Shown here: positions 9,696 through 18,873 of the stretch, in pieces | How the letters are laid out: each line of letters opens with the position of its first letter | Numbering within the stretch: the stretch's first letter is position 1 | Assembly (NCBI GenBank): GCA_016839815.1 | Contig: JAEOTM010000038.1 | Coordinates: 1 to 64,000, forward strand | Source of the DNA: Candidatus Hodarchaeota archaeon | Lineage (GTDB): Archaea > Asgardarchaeota > Heimdallarchaeia > Hodarchaeales > Hodarchaeaceae | Reading direction: 5' to 3' | DNA: 64,000 nucleotides | Program-made: the position numbers and the translations under genes | Notes under the pieces: generated by a model | Database searches by the model: none | What the model was told of the DNA's origin: nothing | What the model saw: the letters and a program-made list of their open reading frames with translations, nothing else

Positions 9696-10367
9696 CTAAC
9701 TTCTTCCTTGTTTCTTATAACCTCGGCGGGTAAAGATTATTAATACAAGTATTCCAGGGATTATTGGGGAGAAAGTAATTCCAGTAATTTTAGAGGTTGG
9801 AACGATCGGATTCCAATCTGTAATTCGTGAAATGGAGGAGGCAACCGTTAATTCGTAAAAAAACTCTCCTTGCTTAAGTGTTTGAATCCGAACATTTATT
9901 GGGTCTCCATAGACAAAATTTTTCTTCACGATAAACTCATATCGCATGTCTGTATTTAGTATGTAAGTAGGAGGAGAAACATTCAAGGGACCTGTGAAGT
10001 AAAAACCCATTACTTTCTGCCAGAGATAAATATCTGAAATATTACATGTAGACTCTCCTTGATAGGTCACCCGAAATACGACACCAAATACTCCTTGAGA
10101 ATCATACGTACATTGAACACCTGGAGGGCATGGACCTGGAATAAATACTCCAATGGACGTTGCCCCTACAATTTTTAAGTCTAAAATTGTTTGTTCTGAA
10201 TGCACACTTAAACTGAGAGAAGTTTGTACAATGGTAAGACAGAATAGTAAGATTATTATTTTTGTTACTAGTTTCCGAGATTGCATATTATTTCTCCATA
10301 GAAAAGCTACATTCTCTCTTATGAAATTAGGGAATAGAGCCATTGAGAATTTGCTTAGAGCTTTCAC
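9696..10367 (-). CDS. Hypothetical exported protein with C-terminal TM and basic tail
   Basis: Probable start MQSRKLVTKIIILLFCL (~10286); PGPCPPGVQC loop; ends TGITFSPIIPGILVLIIFTRRGYKK. Confidence 0.65.
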   Translation of the reverse strand: MKALSKFSMALFPNFIRENVAFLWRNNMQSRKLVTKIIILLFCLTIVQTSLSLSVHSEQTILDLKIVGATSIGVFIPGPCPPGVQCTYDSQGVFGVVFRVTYQGESTCNISDIYLWQKVMGFYFTGPLNVSPPTYILNTDMRYEFIVKKNFVYGDPINVRIQTLKQGEFFYELTVASSISRITDWNPIVPTSKITGITFSPIIPGILVLIIFTRRGYKKQGRS

Positions 10368-10516
10368 TCATTGTCTTTGTCGATTTTAACCGACTTTCCT
10401 CGCTTAAATATTTTCTCTTAAGTGAAGATTTTGAGTCGACTTAAGTTTAACAAGTGGGATTTCAAAAAATGACTGATCTTCTTGAGGCACAGAAAATCCC
10501 ATTTTTAAGTTCTTCA

Positions 10517-10588
10517 GTTCATCTGTTCAGATTTTTCTGATTCTCATGAATAATTTATAATAATGCGTAAAAATGTTCAATTGTTCAG
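10517..10588 (+). promoter_or_regulatory. TATA box flanked by two copies of GTTCAnnTGTTCAG (operator candidate)
   Basis: gttcatctgttcag at 10517-10530, TTTATAA at 10554-10560, gttcaattgttcag at 10575-10588; upstream of the ArsR-GyrI regulator. Confidence 0.55.
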
Positions 10589-10633
10589 GGAAAACATCAA
10601 CATTATTTATTATTTATGAGGAAAGACTTCTAA

Positions 10634-11530
10634 TTGGCTGATCAACATTTTAAATCAAACTCATCACTGAAACAATTTATCCTGGAGACTGCTCCTGAGG
10701 TGTCTGACCTTCTGAAATCAATCCAACATCCTAAACGGCTTGAAATCTTAGCCTATTTGGTTGAGGAACAGCAGGACTTCCACTCATTAAAAGAGTTGAC
10801 TAAATTACCCAAAAGTGCATTGGGTAACCATTTAAGTGAGTTGGTTGCAAAACATCTTATTGAAAAGGTTATTCGTGGAATCTATCAGATAACACTGGAC
10901 GGAGAACAATTCATCGCTAGTCTTTCGCAGAATTATCTTAATGCGAAAATTAGAGAGCAAGAAAGGTTAGATCGGCAACGCGAGACGACTCGTACCATGA
11001 TATCAAAATACACAGGAAAAGATATCGAGTATGTTGAAATCGTGGAAAAACTTCAAATTAAACGGAGTCTTACCGAAATGGAAATTGAAATTCGAGAAAA
11101 AAAGAAATTTATTGTTATGGGGATTCAAGATCGAGGAACTTCTGGTCCAGATTTTATTCCTCCCTTGTGGAATAAATTCAACGCAAGATTTGACGAGATA
11201 AAGAATCTAATTGTAACAAAAGAAGCTTATGGGGTGTGTTTTGCCTCTAACAAGGCTTCTAAAGAGTTTAATTACCTTGCAGGTTTTGAAGTCAATGAGG
11301 GTGAAAAGCCTCTTGATAGTATGATTGTTTTTACCGTACCCAAAGCTCAATATGCCGTTATCACCTGCACACTTCCCAAGATCTCAGAGGCCTACAAATC
11401 AGTTGGTAAATGGATTCGTGATAATGGATACCAAGAAATTGGGAACATGGATATGGAGGTATATCCTGAATCATGGGATGATGAAGAAACAGACCTTATG
11501 TACATTTACGTCCCTATCGTAAAGGCTTAA
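10634..11530 (+). CDS. ArsR-type wHTH fused to GyrI-like effector-binding domain
   Basis: LKSIQHPKRLEILAYL...KSALGNHLSELVAKHLIEK; C-terminal IPPLWNKF...YLAGFEV...VPKAQYAV...MEVY...IYVPI (GyrI-like). Confidence 0.9.
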   Translation: MADQHFKSNSSLKQFILETAPEVSDLLKSIQHPKRLEILAYLVEEQQDFHSLKELTKLPKSALGNHLSELVAKHLIEKVIRGIYQITLDGEQFIASLSQNYLNAKIREQERLDRQRETTRTMISKYTGKDIEYVEIVEKLQIKRSLTEMEIEIREKKKFIVMGIQDRGTSGPDFIPPLWNKFNARFDEIKNLIVTKEAYGVCFASNKASKEFNYLAGFEVNEGEKPLDSMIVFTVPKAQYAVITCTLPKISEAYKSVGKWIRDNGYQEIGNMDMEVYPESWDDEETDLMYIYVPIVKA

Positions 11531-11647
11531 AGAACCTCCATTGTTTTCTTTTTTTCCTTCAACCGTAAAGCATTCTTTATTTCTTGTCACAGAGGTTCCA
11601 CTGAATTTCTCATTTGAACTTGTACTTATTGATATTATGCTGTCTTC

Positions 11648-12358
11648 TCATGCAAATCGGGTAACTTTGCGTGCTTCGCCTTCAGCTTCTTCTTTAACCT
11701 GCCGAATTTGTTTTAATGCCTGTGAATCGTCTTTTTTGACGACTAAATGTCCTTTCGTAGTGATAGTGTACCATACACCGGTTGGAGCTAGAATTTCATC
11801 GATTTTTTCAAGAAAAGAGATTATTTCATCTGTTTCTGGATATCGACTCCATTGTAACGCAAAGTCAAATTCTCCAATCAATGTCAGGGGCTTATTATCG
11901 ATGATTCCTTCCCGTAGCAAAGGAGTCTGATCCACCAACCTGTTCATGGCTTGGATCGCTTCGCTGATACTGGGTCCATAAAATTTCAAGAGGGAATAGG
12001 CAATATTGGGGGTAGTTTCAATGATTTCCTCAAGATTTGTTATTTCTTTATTCTTTGTGGTGATTGTATACCGAGTGAGTAGTCCCTCAAATGAGTGATC
12101 AATTAAAAATACCAATTCCATTAGGTCTTCGATCGTAGGGGTTGATATCCATTCAAAAGTAAAGTCTATCTCACCCATGATGGCTTTTCCATGTGAATAC
12201 ACTTTGGTTTTCAACGAACTATGTTCTTTTAGTGTTTCTGATAGTTGTGCGAGTTTTTCTATCGCTGTATGGATTTGTGGTCCTAAAAGCTTTATCTCAC
12301 TAAACACATATGTTCCTCCCCTTAACTTATGTGCTTTCTCTGTTATAAACCCCTCCAT
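11648..12358 (-). CDS. Hypothetical protein built from two tandem homologous ~85-aa domains
   Basis: Repeated pattern KxxGPxIxxAI...GExDFxxxWxxxPxxxxxxxxxxxIDxxxxxxxxxYTITTK. Confidence 0.8.
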   Translation of the reverse strand: MEGFITEKAHKLRGGTYVFSEIKLLGPQIHTAIEKLAQLSETLKEHSSLKTKVYSHGKAIMGEIDFTFEWISTPTIEDLMELVFLIDHSFEGLLTRYTITTKNKEITNLEEIIETTPNIAYSLLKFYGPSISEAIQAMNRLVDQTPLLREGIIDNKPLTLIGEFDFALQWSRYPETDEIISFLEKIDEILAPTGVWYTITTKGHLVVKKDDSQALKQIRQVKEEAEGEARKVTRFA

Positions 12359-12450
12359 CCTTTAAAAATATAATAATAATAATACGACTGTGCTTCCCAT
12401 CTCATTTTTCATATTGAAAAAAGAAAAAGAGGGTAAACGAATAATCTTGC

Positions 12451-12999
12451 TTACTGGAGGAGCTTTGTGAGATTTCCACTGAAACGAGATTCCAAAAAGT
12501 TATGCCAACGTTCACCTAATCCTAACCAATACCCTGAACTTGAAATAGCGAAGAATAGTAAGATCCACATCTGAAGAAAATGCTCTTCGATAAATGGATT
12601 GAATTCGGGAGGAAAAGCTGAAAGCCATACGGAGAAGAAAAACAAAGCTGTTGATAACCCGCCTATACGTACCCCAATTCCACTAATTAATGTAATCCCT
12701 CCAATCAAAAGCATCCCCATATACATTAGATCTACTAATCCCCCAAGTTCTAGTAACAATGCGTCTGGCCCATTGAATATAAATGCGAAGGGACTTTCAG
12801 GATTTGTAACAAACATTAGGTATCCTTCTGTTTGTTTTGCTCCTGATAGGAAAGATGCTTCTGGAGCAGTAGCTATTCCTAGACCGAAAAATCGATCCAA
12901 AAATGCCCAAAGGAACTCAAAACCATAAAAAATTCGTAAAAGTCCCAGTAGATATTCCTGTACTGCGTATTTGCCAAAAAAAGAGTTAATTGTACTCAT
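12451..12999 (-). CDS. DoxX/DoxD-like membrane protein
   Basis: LLRIFYGFEFLWAFLDRFFGLG; four TM segments; NPFIEEH; WLGLGERW. Confidence 0.85.
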   Translation of the reverse strand: MSTINSFFGKYAVQEYLLGLLRIFYGFEFLWAFLDRFFGLGIATAPEASFLSGAKQTEGYLMFVTNPESPFAFIFNGPDALLLELGGLVDLMYMGMLLIGGITLISGIGVRIGGLSTALFFFSVWLSAFPPEFNPFIEEHFLQMWILLFFAISSSGYWLGLGERWHNFLESRFSGNLTKLLQ

Positions 13000-13227
13000 A
13001 TTTTTTTACCTCAAAGAATATATGTGAGAATAAATGAAAAAAAGGTTAGGAGAATATGAATGTTCTATTCCGAAAAAATGACTTCTTTATTGATATTCAA
13101 TTTTGGAGATCACCGAGAATTCTGTGGAAACATAATTCTTAGACGAACTTTGTGCTGTTTTTTTTCAAAAAGGCATAAAGTATAAAGAAGTAGGTGTGGA
13201 TGTTGGATTCTATCTTGAGGATAAACT

Positions 13228-15720
13228 ATGAAACATAATTCTATGAGCAAAAAGAGTGGCTTTCTCTTTTTCATCCTCTTAACTTCATCATTTCTCCTGT
13301 TTCCTAGTACTGCAGTGATAAAATCACCTTTAGTTTTTTCAACTGATCCTAATGTAGAGAGTTCTCTTGAATTTACTGCTAGTACTTCCTTACAAACTAC
13401 TTTCCCTCGTCTACAAGTATTTAATGATATTCTGACCCTTCAAACCGCAAATCTTATGCTTAAATTTGATCTTACGACCTATGGGTCCTTAACCTATATG
13501 AAAAATCTCCTTACTAACCAACAAGTTACTTTTCATACTACTAATCATCCCTTCTGGCGTATTGAATTACTGGAACATTCATCAATTGGTCCGTCTGATG
13601 CAATTTATTTCGACTATACGTATACTCAGACTTCTACTCTCTTGTACTATCAATTTTCTATTGACGGTGATCTATTAGAGGTTTTTCTCACTATTCAACT
13701 TGATTCTCCTCATGTTGGGATTAATTTTAAGCTGGAGACTATTGGTCCTCCTACTCTTCCTGGGATCTATCAAGTGTACCTTCCTATAATCGATGATATT
13801 TCTCGTTGGGCGTTAATTCCAGGTGCTGAAGAGCTTGCTGTCCCTGAAAGAGAAGGTTGGTTGATTAAAGATGCCATTAATACATTGAACAGCCATTGGT
13901 TTGGTAGAGACTATCCTGGAACTCTATCTATGCAATTTCTAGTGCTGGAAGAACCTGAGGTAGGAGGTTTTGTCCTGTCTGCTCGTGATAGTGCCAGTCG
14001 ACATAAAGGGATCACACTACACTCGGGTGTCCACATTGATTTCCATCATTATTCTAACAATATGGTGTTCAATCACGGGAATAATTTCACCATGGATTAT
14101 TGGATGGTTTTAAATGGTTATCAGGGTATGAATTGGGCAGCTGGTGCCTCTCAGTATAAAGATTGGGCGCGTGACCAATGGTATATTGACAAAGGCCCCA
14201 TTCATTCTCGAAATGATATTCCGACTTGGCTTAAAACGATTGATTACGTCTGGAAGGGCTCTTCATACGTCACCGACCACAATACGGGAAATTTTGTTCT
14301 TGAAGGAGAAACGGTGGATAATATGGGACTGTTTCCTAATCACCTCACGCAAAAAGGCCTATCATCTGACTTTTTATTAGAATGGTGGGGTTGGGGACGT
14401 GATGGATTCGATCGGGGATATCCTGAATATTATCCTGCTCGTGATGGTAATGACAAGCTCGTGACTGGTATTAATGCCGTCCATACTGCTTCTTCGAAAG
14501 TAATGCTATATTTTAACGGTAGATTAGTAGATATTACTACAGAGACTTATGCTCAAAATCTACCATACATGACGGGGTGGAGAGATACTGTTTATACTGA
14601 GACTTATACTCCATATTTGACGGGAGCTATTGCCGATCCTGCTTCTGATTGGTGGCAAGAAACAGTACTCAATTTGTCTGTAACGGCTGTTCGTGATTTT
14701 CAAGTCGATCTGCTGTATTTAGATCAAATTAGTGTGGCTCCACCTATGTTTGATTATCGTGATGTCCCCTCTCATCCACCGGGGTCAGGTTCCTGGTGGC
14801 AGGTTGCAGAAAATCAGCTCCTAAATCGTACCCGTAATGCTATTCACGTCATCAACCCAGCAACGGGATTGGCGTCAGAAAATGTAATTGAGACTTATCT
14901 GAATACCATTGACTTATTTTGGAGTTACCATACTAGTTATCAACCTGGGAATTGGTTTCCTACAGGGAAGAGCATTCCCCTTTTTAGTTATGTTTATCAT
15001 CCCTACCTTCTAACTAGTGGTCGTCCCGATATTAATCCAGTTGACTTTACTCTCTTTTTCTGGGGTCTTTCAGAAAGTCTTAAGGATGGTTTTATTCCAG
15101 GTGCTGCTACTTTGATCTCTCCTTCTTGGCTAAGTGTTTCTAGTAAATCTTATGATGCATTAATTGCAGCCTATTCCACCCGTAAACTTGATAATTATCA
15201 GTTTTTCCGCGATGGTGACTTGTTGTATCCTGTTTCATGGAGTAACTCTCCCCAAATAACTCTTCCTGCTTATCCAGGAACTTTTAATGTTCCTCAAGGA
15301 GTTATTCAGGGTTACCAAAGTCCCCTGAGTAGTATTGCTTTGCTATTTGTTAATCGTGGGAATTCTGATCTCACTTGGAGTGGAAATTTCTCCCAGCTTC
15401 TCCTAGATTCTGGTATCGCTTCATCCCAGATACGTACCATAGAAGATATTGTGACAGTCAATAACGGGATTGAGACGTCTATAAGTCCATTTCCATCCAC
15501 TAATATTGATTTACATATTCCTGCTTATTCGTTCATCACTTTTTTAATGAATTCTTCATTTCTCACAACATCATTACCTACCATAACACTAACTTCATCC
15601 CCTCCTTCCAGTACGACGCTTATCAGTACAACTTCCCACAAATCACCCTCGATTTCTCTTTCTCTCTTTATACTCATCCTTCTCTTAGTATCTATTGTCC
15701 ATAAGAAGAAATCTGAATGA
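13228..15720 (+). CDS. DUF6259-like secreted glycoside-hydrolase-like protein with C-terminal anchor
   Basis: Signal peptide; YPGTLSMQF, FDRGYPEYYP, MLYFNGRL, LYLDQI and PLFSYVYH motifs; S/T/P linker, TM and KKK tail. Confidence 0.7.
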   Translation: MKHNSMSKKSGFLFFILLTSSFLLFPSTAVIKSPLVFSTDPNVESSLEFTASTSLQTTFPRLQVFNDILTLQTANLMLKFDLTTYGSLTYMKNLLTNQQVTFHTTNHPFWRIELLEHSSIGPSDAIYFDYTYTQTSTLLYYQFSIDGDLLEVFLTIQLDSPHVGINFKLETIGPPTLPGIYQVYLPIIDDISRWALIPGAEELAVPEREGWLIKDAINTLNSHWFGRDYPGTLSMQFLVLEEPEVGGFVLSARDSASRHKGITLHSGVHIDFHHYSNNMVFNHGNNFTMDYWMVLNGYQGMNWAAGASQYKDWARDQWYIDKGPIHSRNDIPTWLKTIDYVWKGSSYVTDHNTGNFVLEGETVDNMGLFPNHLTQKGLSSDFLLEWWGWGRDGFDRGYPEYYPARDGNDKLVTGINAVHTASSKVMLYFNGRLVDITTETYAQNLPYMTGWRDTVYTETYTPYLTGAIADPASDWWQETVLNLSVTAVRDFQVDLLYLDQISVAPPMFDYRDVPSHPPGSGSWWQVAENQLLNRTRNAIHVINPATGLASENVIETYLNTIDLFWSYHTSYQPGNWFPTGKSIPLFSYVYHPYLLTSGRPDINPVDFTLFFWGLSESLKDGFIPGAATLISPSWLSVSSKSYDALIAAYSTRKLDNYQFFRDGDLLYPVSWSNSPQITLPAYPGTFNVPQGVIQGYQSPLSSIALLFVNRGNSDLTWSGNFSQLLLDSGIASSQIRTIEDIVTVNNGIETSISPFPSTNIDLHIPAYSFITFLMNSSFLTTSLPTITLTSSPPSSTTLISTTSHKSPSISLSLFILILLLVSIVHKKKSE

Positions 15721-15979
15721 CTTTCTCATAGAAAAGCTTATAGGGAGGAATTAACCCAAAATATTAAGTTCTCCTCTCTCTCAGTATATCCTTATGATCA
15801 CAGACTCTTTCGATGATATTAACAGTAATAATTGGGAATGGGCAGCGTTTCTTCGATTATCTCCGTTGATTAGTCTTCAGGAGAATTATATTTGAAAAAC
15901 TACACGACTAGTTTTTTAGAATACATGGAGAGAGGAGAGTACAAGTTGAATGATAGATTGAATTAGGAGAAATTAAATT

Positions 15980-16252
15980 ATGAAATATATTGTATTTTGG
16001 GAATTCGCATCCAAAGACTTTGAAGTTTGTACAAAAAAATATGCAGATCTCCCTGAAGGGATGACTGTAAAATCTCTCAGTGAAAATTTTGTGATCTTGG
16101 GGGAAACTCGCGGTTTTCAACTACTGGAAACTGATGATCCCCGTGATATTGCAAAACTGGCCCTGTATTATGCGCCTGAAACCGAGTTTTCTGTTCAGCC
16201 CATTATTGAAGCAGCACAGGTTATGGAGACATTTCAACAACTGAAGTCCTAA
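15980..16252 (+). CDS. DUF3303-like small protein
   Basis: MKYIVFWE...GFQLLETDDP...FSVQPII; SD-like AGGAG upstream. Confidence 0.75.
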   Translation: MKYIVFWEFASKDFEVCTKKYADLPEGMTVKSLSENFVILGETRGFQLLETDDPRDIAKLALYYAPETEFSVQPIIEAAQVMETFQQLKS

Positions 16253-16429
16253 TTTCCAATTTTTTGGTCTTTTCAAAGTCTTCAATTCTTTTTTCTTCAC
16301 ACTCTGGTGTTTAATTGCCATTGTTGGCATTTTTATTTGACATTCTCCTGATTAATTGCTTCTACTTGGACTTTCAACTTATGCATAGAAATTCTATATG
16401 AAAACCGATTGGTTTTCTTCCTAGAGACA

Positions 16430-16873
16430 CTACTCTTTCTCAAGGGTCTGGATATAGGTAAAGGCTTCTTCCACCGTATTGAAAAAAGGAGGGGACTTCT
16501 TGTCAGTAATATCCTTTTCTGTATCCTCTCCTAGAAATATGGTTGATATTGCTTTTCTATTGTCTGGGCCGACAACTATGGCATAAGGTCGCCATTCAAA
16601 AGAAGATGTAAGGATATCAAACATTTTATTTCCCCAAGTATAGGCTAGTTCGGTTAAATCTAGAATCACTGTGCTTGATTGCCAAAGCATGATTGCAGTT
16701 TTTATAATTCCGATAATAAAATCTGCATCTGGATTTCCCCGAGAGCCCTCTCGATAGACACCAGTAAATTTCACGATTATCGTACTAAACCTTGTTTGCT
16801 TATCCCTCGCAATTTGGAACGAATAATTAACTGTCGGACATTTCTCCTCAAACTTTACCTCTAGAAGTTCCAT
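16430..16873 (-). CDS. Hypothetical protein, STAS/SpoIIAA-like fold suspected
   Basis: IIVKFTG...VILDLTELAYTWG...AIVV...FFNTVEEAF follows the STAS-like strand/helix pattern. Confidence 0.55.
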   Translation of the reverse strand: MELLEVKFEEKCPTVNYSFQIARDKQTRFSTIIVKFTGVYREGSRGNPDADFIIGIIKTAIMLWQSSTVILDLTELAYTWGNKMFDILTSSFEWRPYAIVVGPDNRKAISTIFLGEDTEKDITDKKSPPFFNTVEEAFTYIQTLEKE

Positions 16874-16937
16874 TTTTTATCACATGTTTCATGTACTTAT
16901 TTGTCGTAACGCTTCTTGCTTAAATGATAGGCATTGA

Positions 16938-18695
16938 TTACTTTTCTTTCTTCGAGAATTTAGACTCCATTAATACGGTCAACATCAGAAATTCTGCTTT
17001 TTTCACCTGATCATACTGTGTAGATTTTGCTATTTCCTCTTTTAAGGTAAGTAATCGTTTAGATACCTCTCGGGAACCTTCTTGACCAGATATGTGGTTT
17101 GTAACCAGTTCTAACAGCTTTTGTAGGTATGGTTCGTCGATCTGAATCATAAATTCTTCTTTTAGGTCTATTAATGCCTTTTCTACATCAGGATTGGAGC
17201 GGGAGGTATACACCATTAACGTAGCTGTTAATCCTTCCTCGATAATAATATTATGTTTAACCTGACCTTCAAAGGCTGACAAAAACGATTTATACGCCAT
17301 ATTATACCACTTATAGCGGAAATACGAGAACCCGCTGCTCTTCCAATCCCGTATCGCGTTTTCATACTTCTGAAGTTTTTCTGATGCCTCTCCTCGCCAA
17401 TAATAGGCATCGGGATTGTCAGCAAGTTCAATAGTTTTGGTGAATTCGCTATAGGCCTTGGCATACTCGTTTAACTTTAAGTAGATACTACCCCGATTAT
17501 GATAGGCTTGCATATAACTCGGATCTAAACTGATCGCTTTTGTTGCATCTGCAAGTGCCTGTTGATATTCTTCCTTGGCTTCATACGCAATAGCCCGGTT
17601 GGAATAAGCCGCAACATTTGCAGGTTTTAGTTCCAGAACTTTGTCAAAATTGGTAATTGCTTCATCATACTTTTTCATTCGCAAGAATACTGAACCTTGA
17701 TTCAGGTACGCATTCGTATATTCGCTATTGATTGCGAGTGCCTCTCCATAATCTGCTAATGCTTTCTCATCTTCGTGTAATTCTCGCCAACAGTTTCCTC
17801 GATTGAGATAGGCCTGTTGATCACCAGGATTTAATTCAATAGTTTTAGTAAAATCAGGAATTGCTTTTTGAAATTGCCTTGAATAGAAGTAAGCATTCCC
17901 TCGGTGGAAGTATGCTAGAAAATCAGAGGGATCTAGGTCAATACATTTATTAAAATCGTCCTCTGCCTTATCAAATATTCCTTGATGTAAATAATTCAAT
18001 CCACGACTACCCCAGGCATCTGTTCGCATAGGATCAATTTTAATAACTTTGGAAAAATCCGAATTTGCCTTTGTTATATCTCCTATTCGAGTGTATGCAT
18101 GTCCTCTTTGCATAAAAACCTCTAATTTCCGTTGATCTTTCTTACGTTCTTTTTCTGGATATTGTGAGAGAATTTTCAATGCACTGGAGAATTCGTCAAT
18201 CGCTTTGGGATAATTTTCTAGTGCGAAATAGCAATTGCCCCGTCCTGCTTGACTGATCGCTGCTAGTGGGGTTATTTTTAGTGCTGCAGTATAATCCTCA
18301 ATTGCTATTCGATATTCCTGCGCTAAATAGTGTGCAAATGCACGAAAGTGATAATGAATCCCATTTTTCGGATTTAATTTAATCGCTTGTGTGTAATCTT
18401 CAATTCCCTTTTGAAAGTCCCCTAAACTACAATATGCACAGCCTCGACTGTGATAAACCTCTGGTGTCTCTGGTTTCAGTTTTAGTACTTGTGTATAATC
18501 GTTGATGGCATTGGGATATTCTTTTAGTTCCATATACGCATGTGCTCGTAATAAGTATAGCTGAGGATCTTGTGGGTTTAATTGGATCTGTTTATAGTAT
18601 TCTTCTATTAATTGATCATAATCAGGTTGTTTTTGGATTTTTCCTTTAATTCTTGATAACACTCCCTTCTTTTTAACCATTTTTTTCCACCTCAT
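16938..18695 (-). CDS. Tetratricopeptide repeat protein (~12 TPRs)
   Basis: Repeated AYxNRGxxYxxLxxYxxAIxDFxKAIELxP. Confidence 0.95.
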   Translation of the reverse strand: MRWKKMVKKKGVLSRIKGKIQKQPDYDQLIEEYYKQIQLNPQDPQLYLLRAHAYMELKEYPNAINDYTQVLKLKPETPEVYHSRGCAYCSLGDFQKGIEDYTQAIKLNPKNGIHYHFRAFAHYLAQEYRIAIEDYTAALKITPLAAISQAGRGNCYFALENYPKAIDEFSSALKILSQYPEKERKKDQRKLEVFMQRGHAYTRIGDITKANSDFSKVIKIDPMRTDAWGSRGLNYLHQGIFDKAEDDFNKCIDLDPSDFLAYFHRGNAYFYSRQFQKAIPDFTKTIELNPGDQQAYLNRGNCWRELHEDEKALADYGEALAINSEYTNAYLNQGSVFLRMKKYDEAITNFDKVLELKPANVAAYSNRAIAYEAKEEYQQALADATKAISLDPSYMQAYHNRGSIYLKLNEYAKAYSEFTKTIELADNPDAYYWRGEASEKLQKYENAIRDWKSSGFSYFRYKWYNMAYKSFLSAFEGQVKHNIIIEEGLTATLMVYTSRSNPDVEKALIDLKEEFMIQIDEPYLQKLLELVTNHISGQEGSREVSKRLLTLKEEIAKSTQYDQVKKAEFLMLTVLMESKFSKKEK

Positions 18696-18873
18696 ATTGT
18701 ATATAGCCTAAATATCTCGAAATTAGGGAATTATGTTTGATAATCTTACTTAAACTCTTCTCCTTTCCAGCTTTACCCCTTGAATTACCTCACTAGTTTT
18801 TTTCGAGTCGAGAGCTTCGTCCTGAATGGATGTACCATCTTTTTCCTCTTTCCAGAACTATAAATAATTAATT

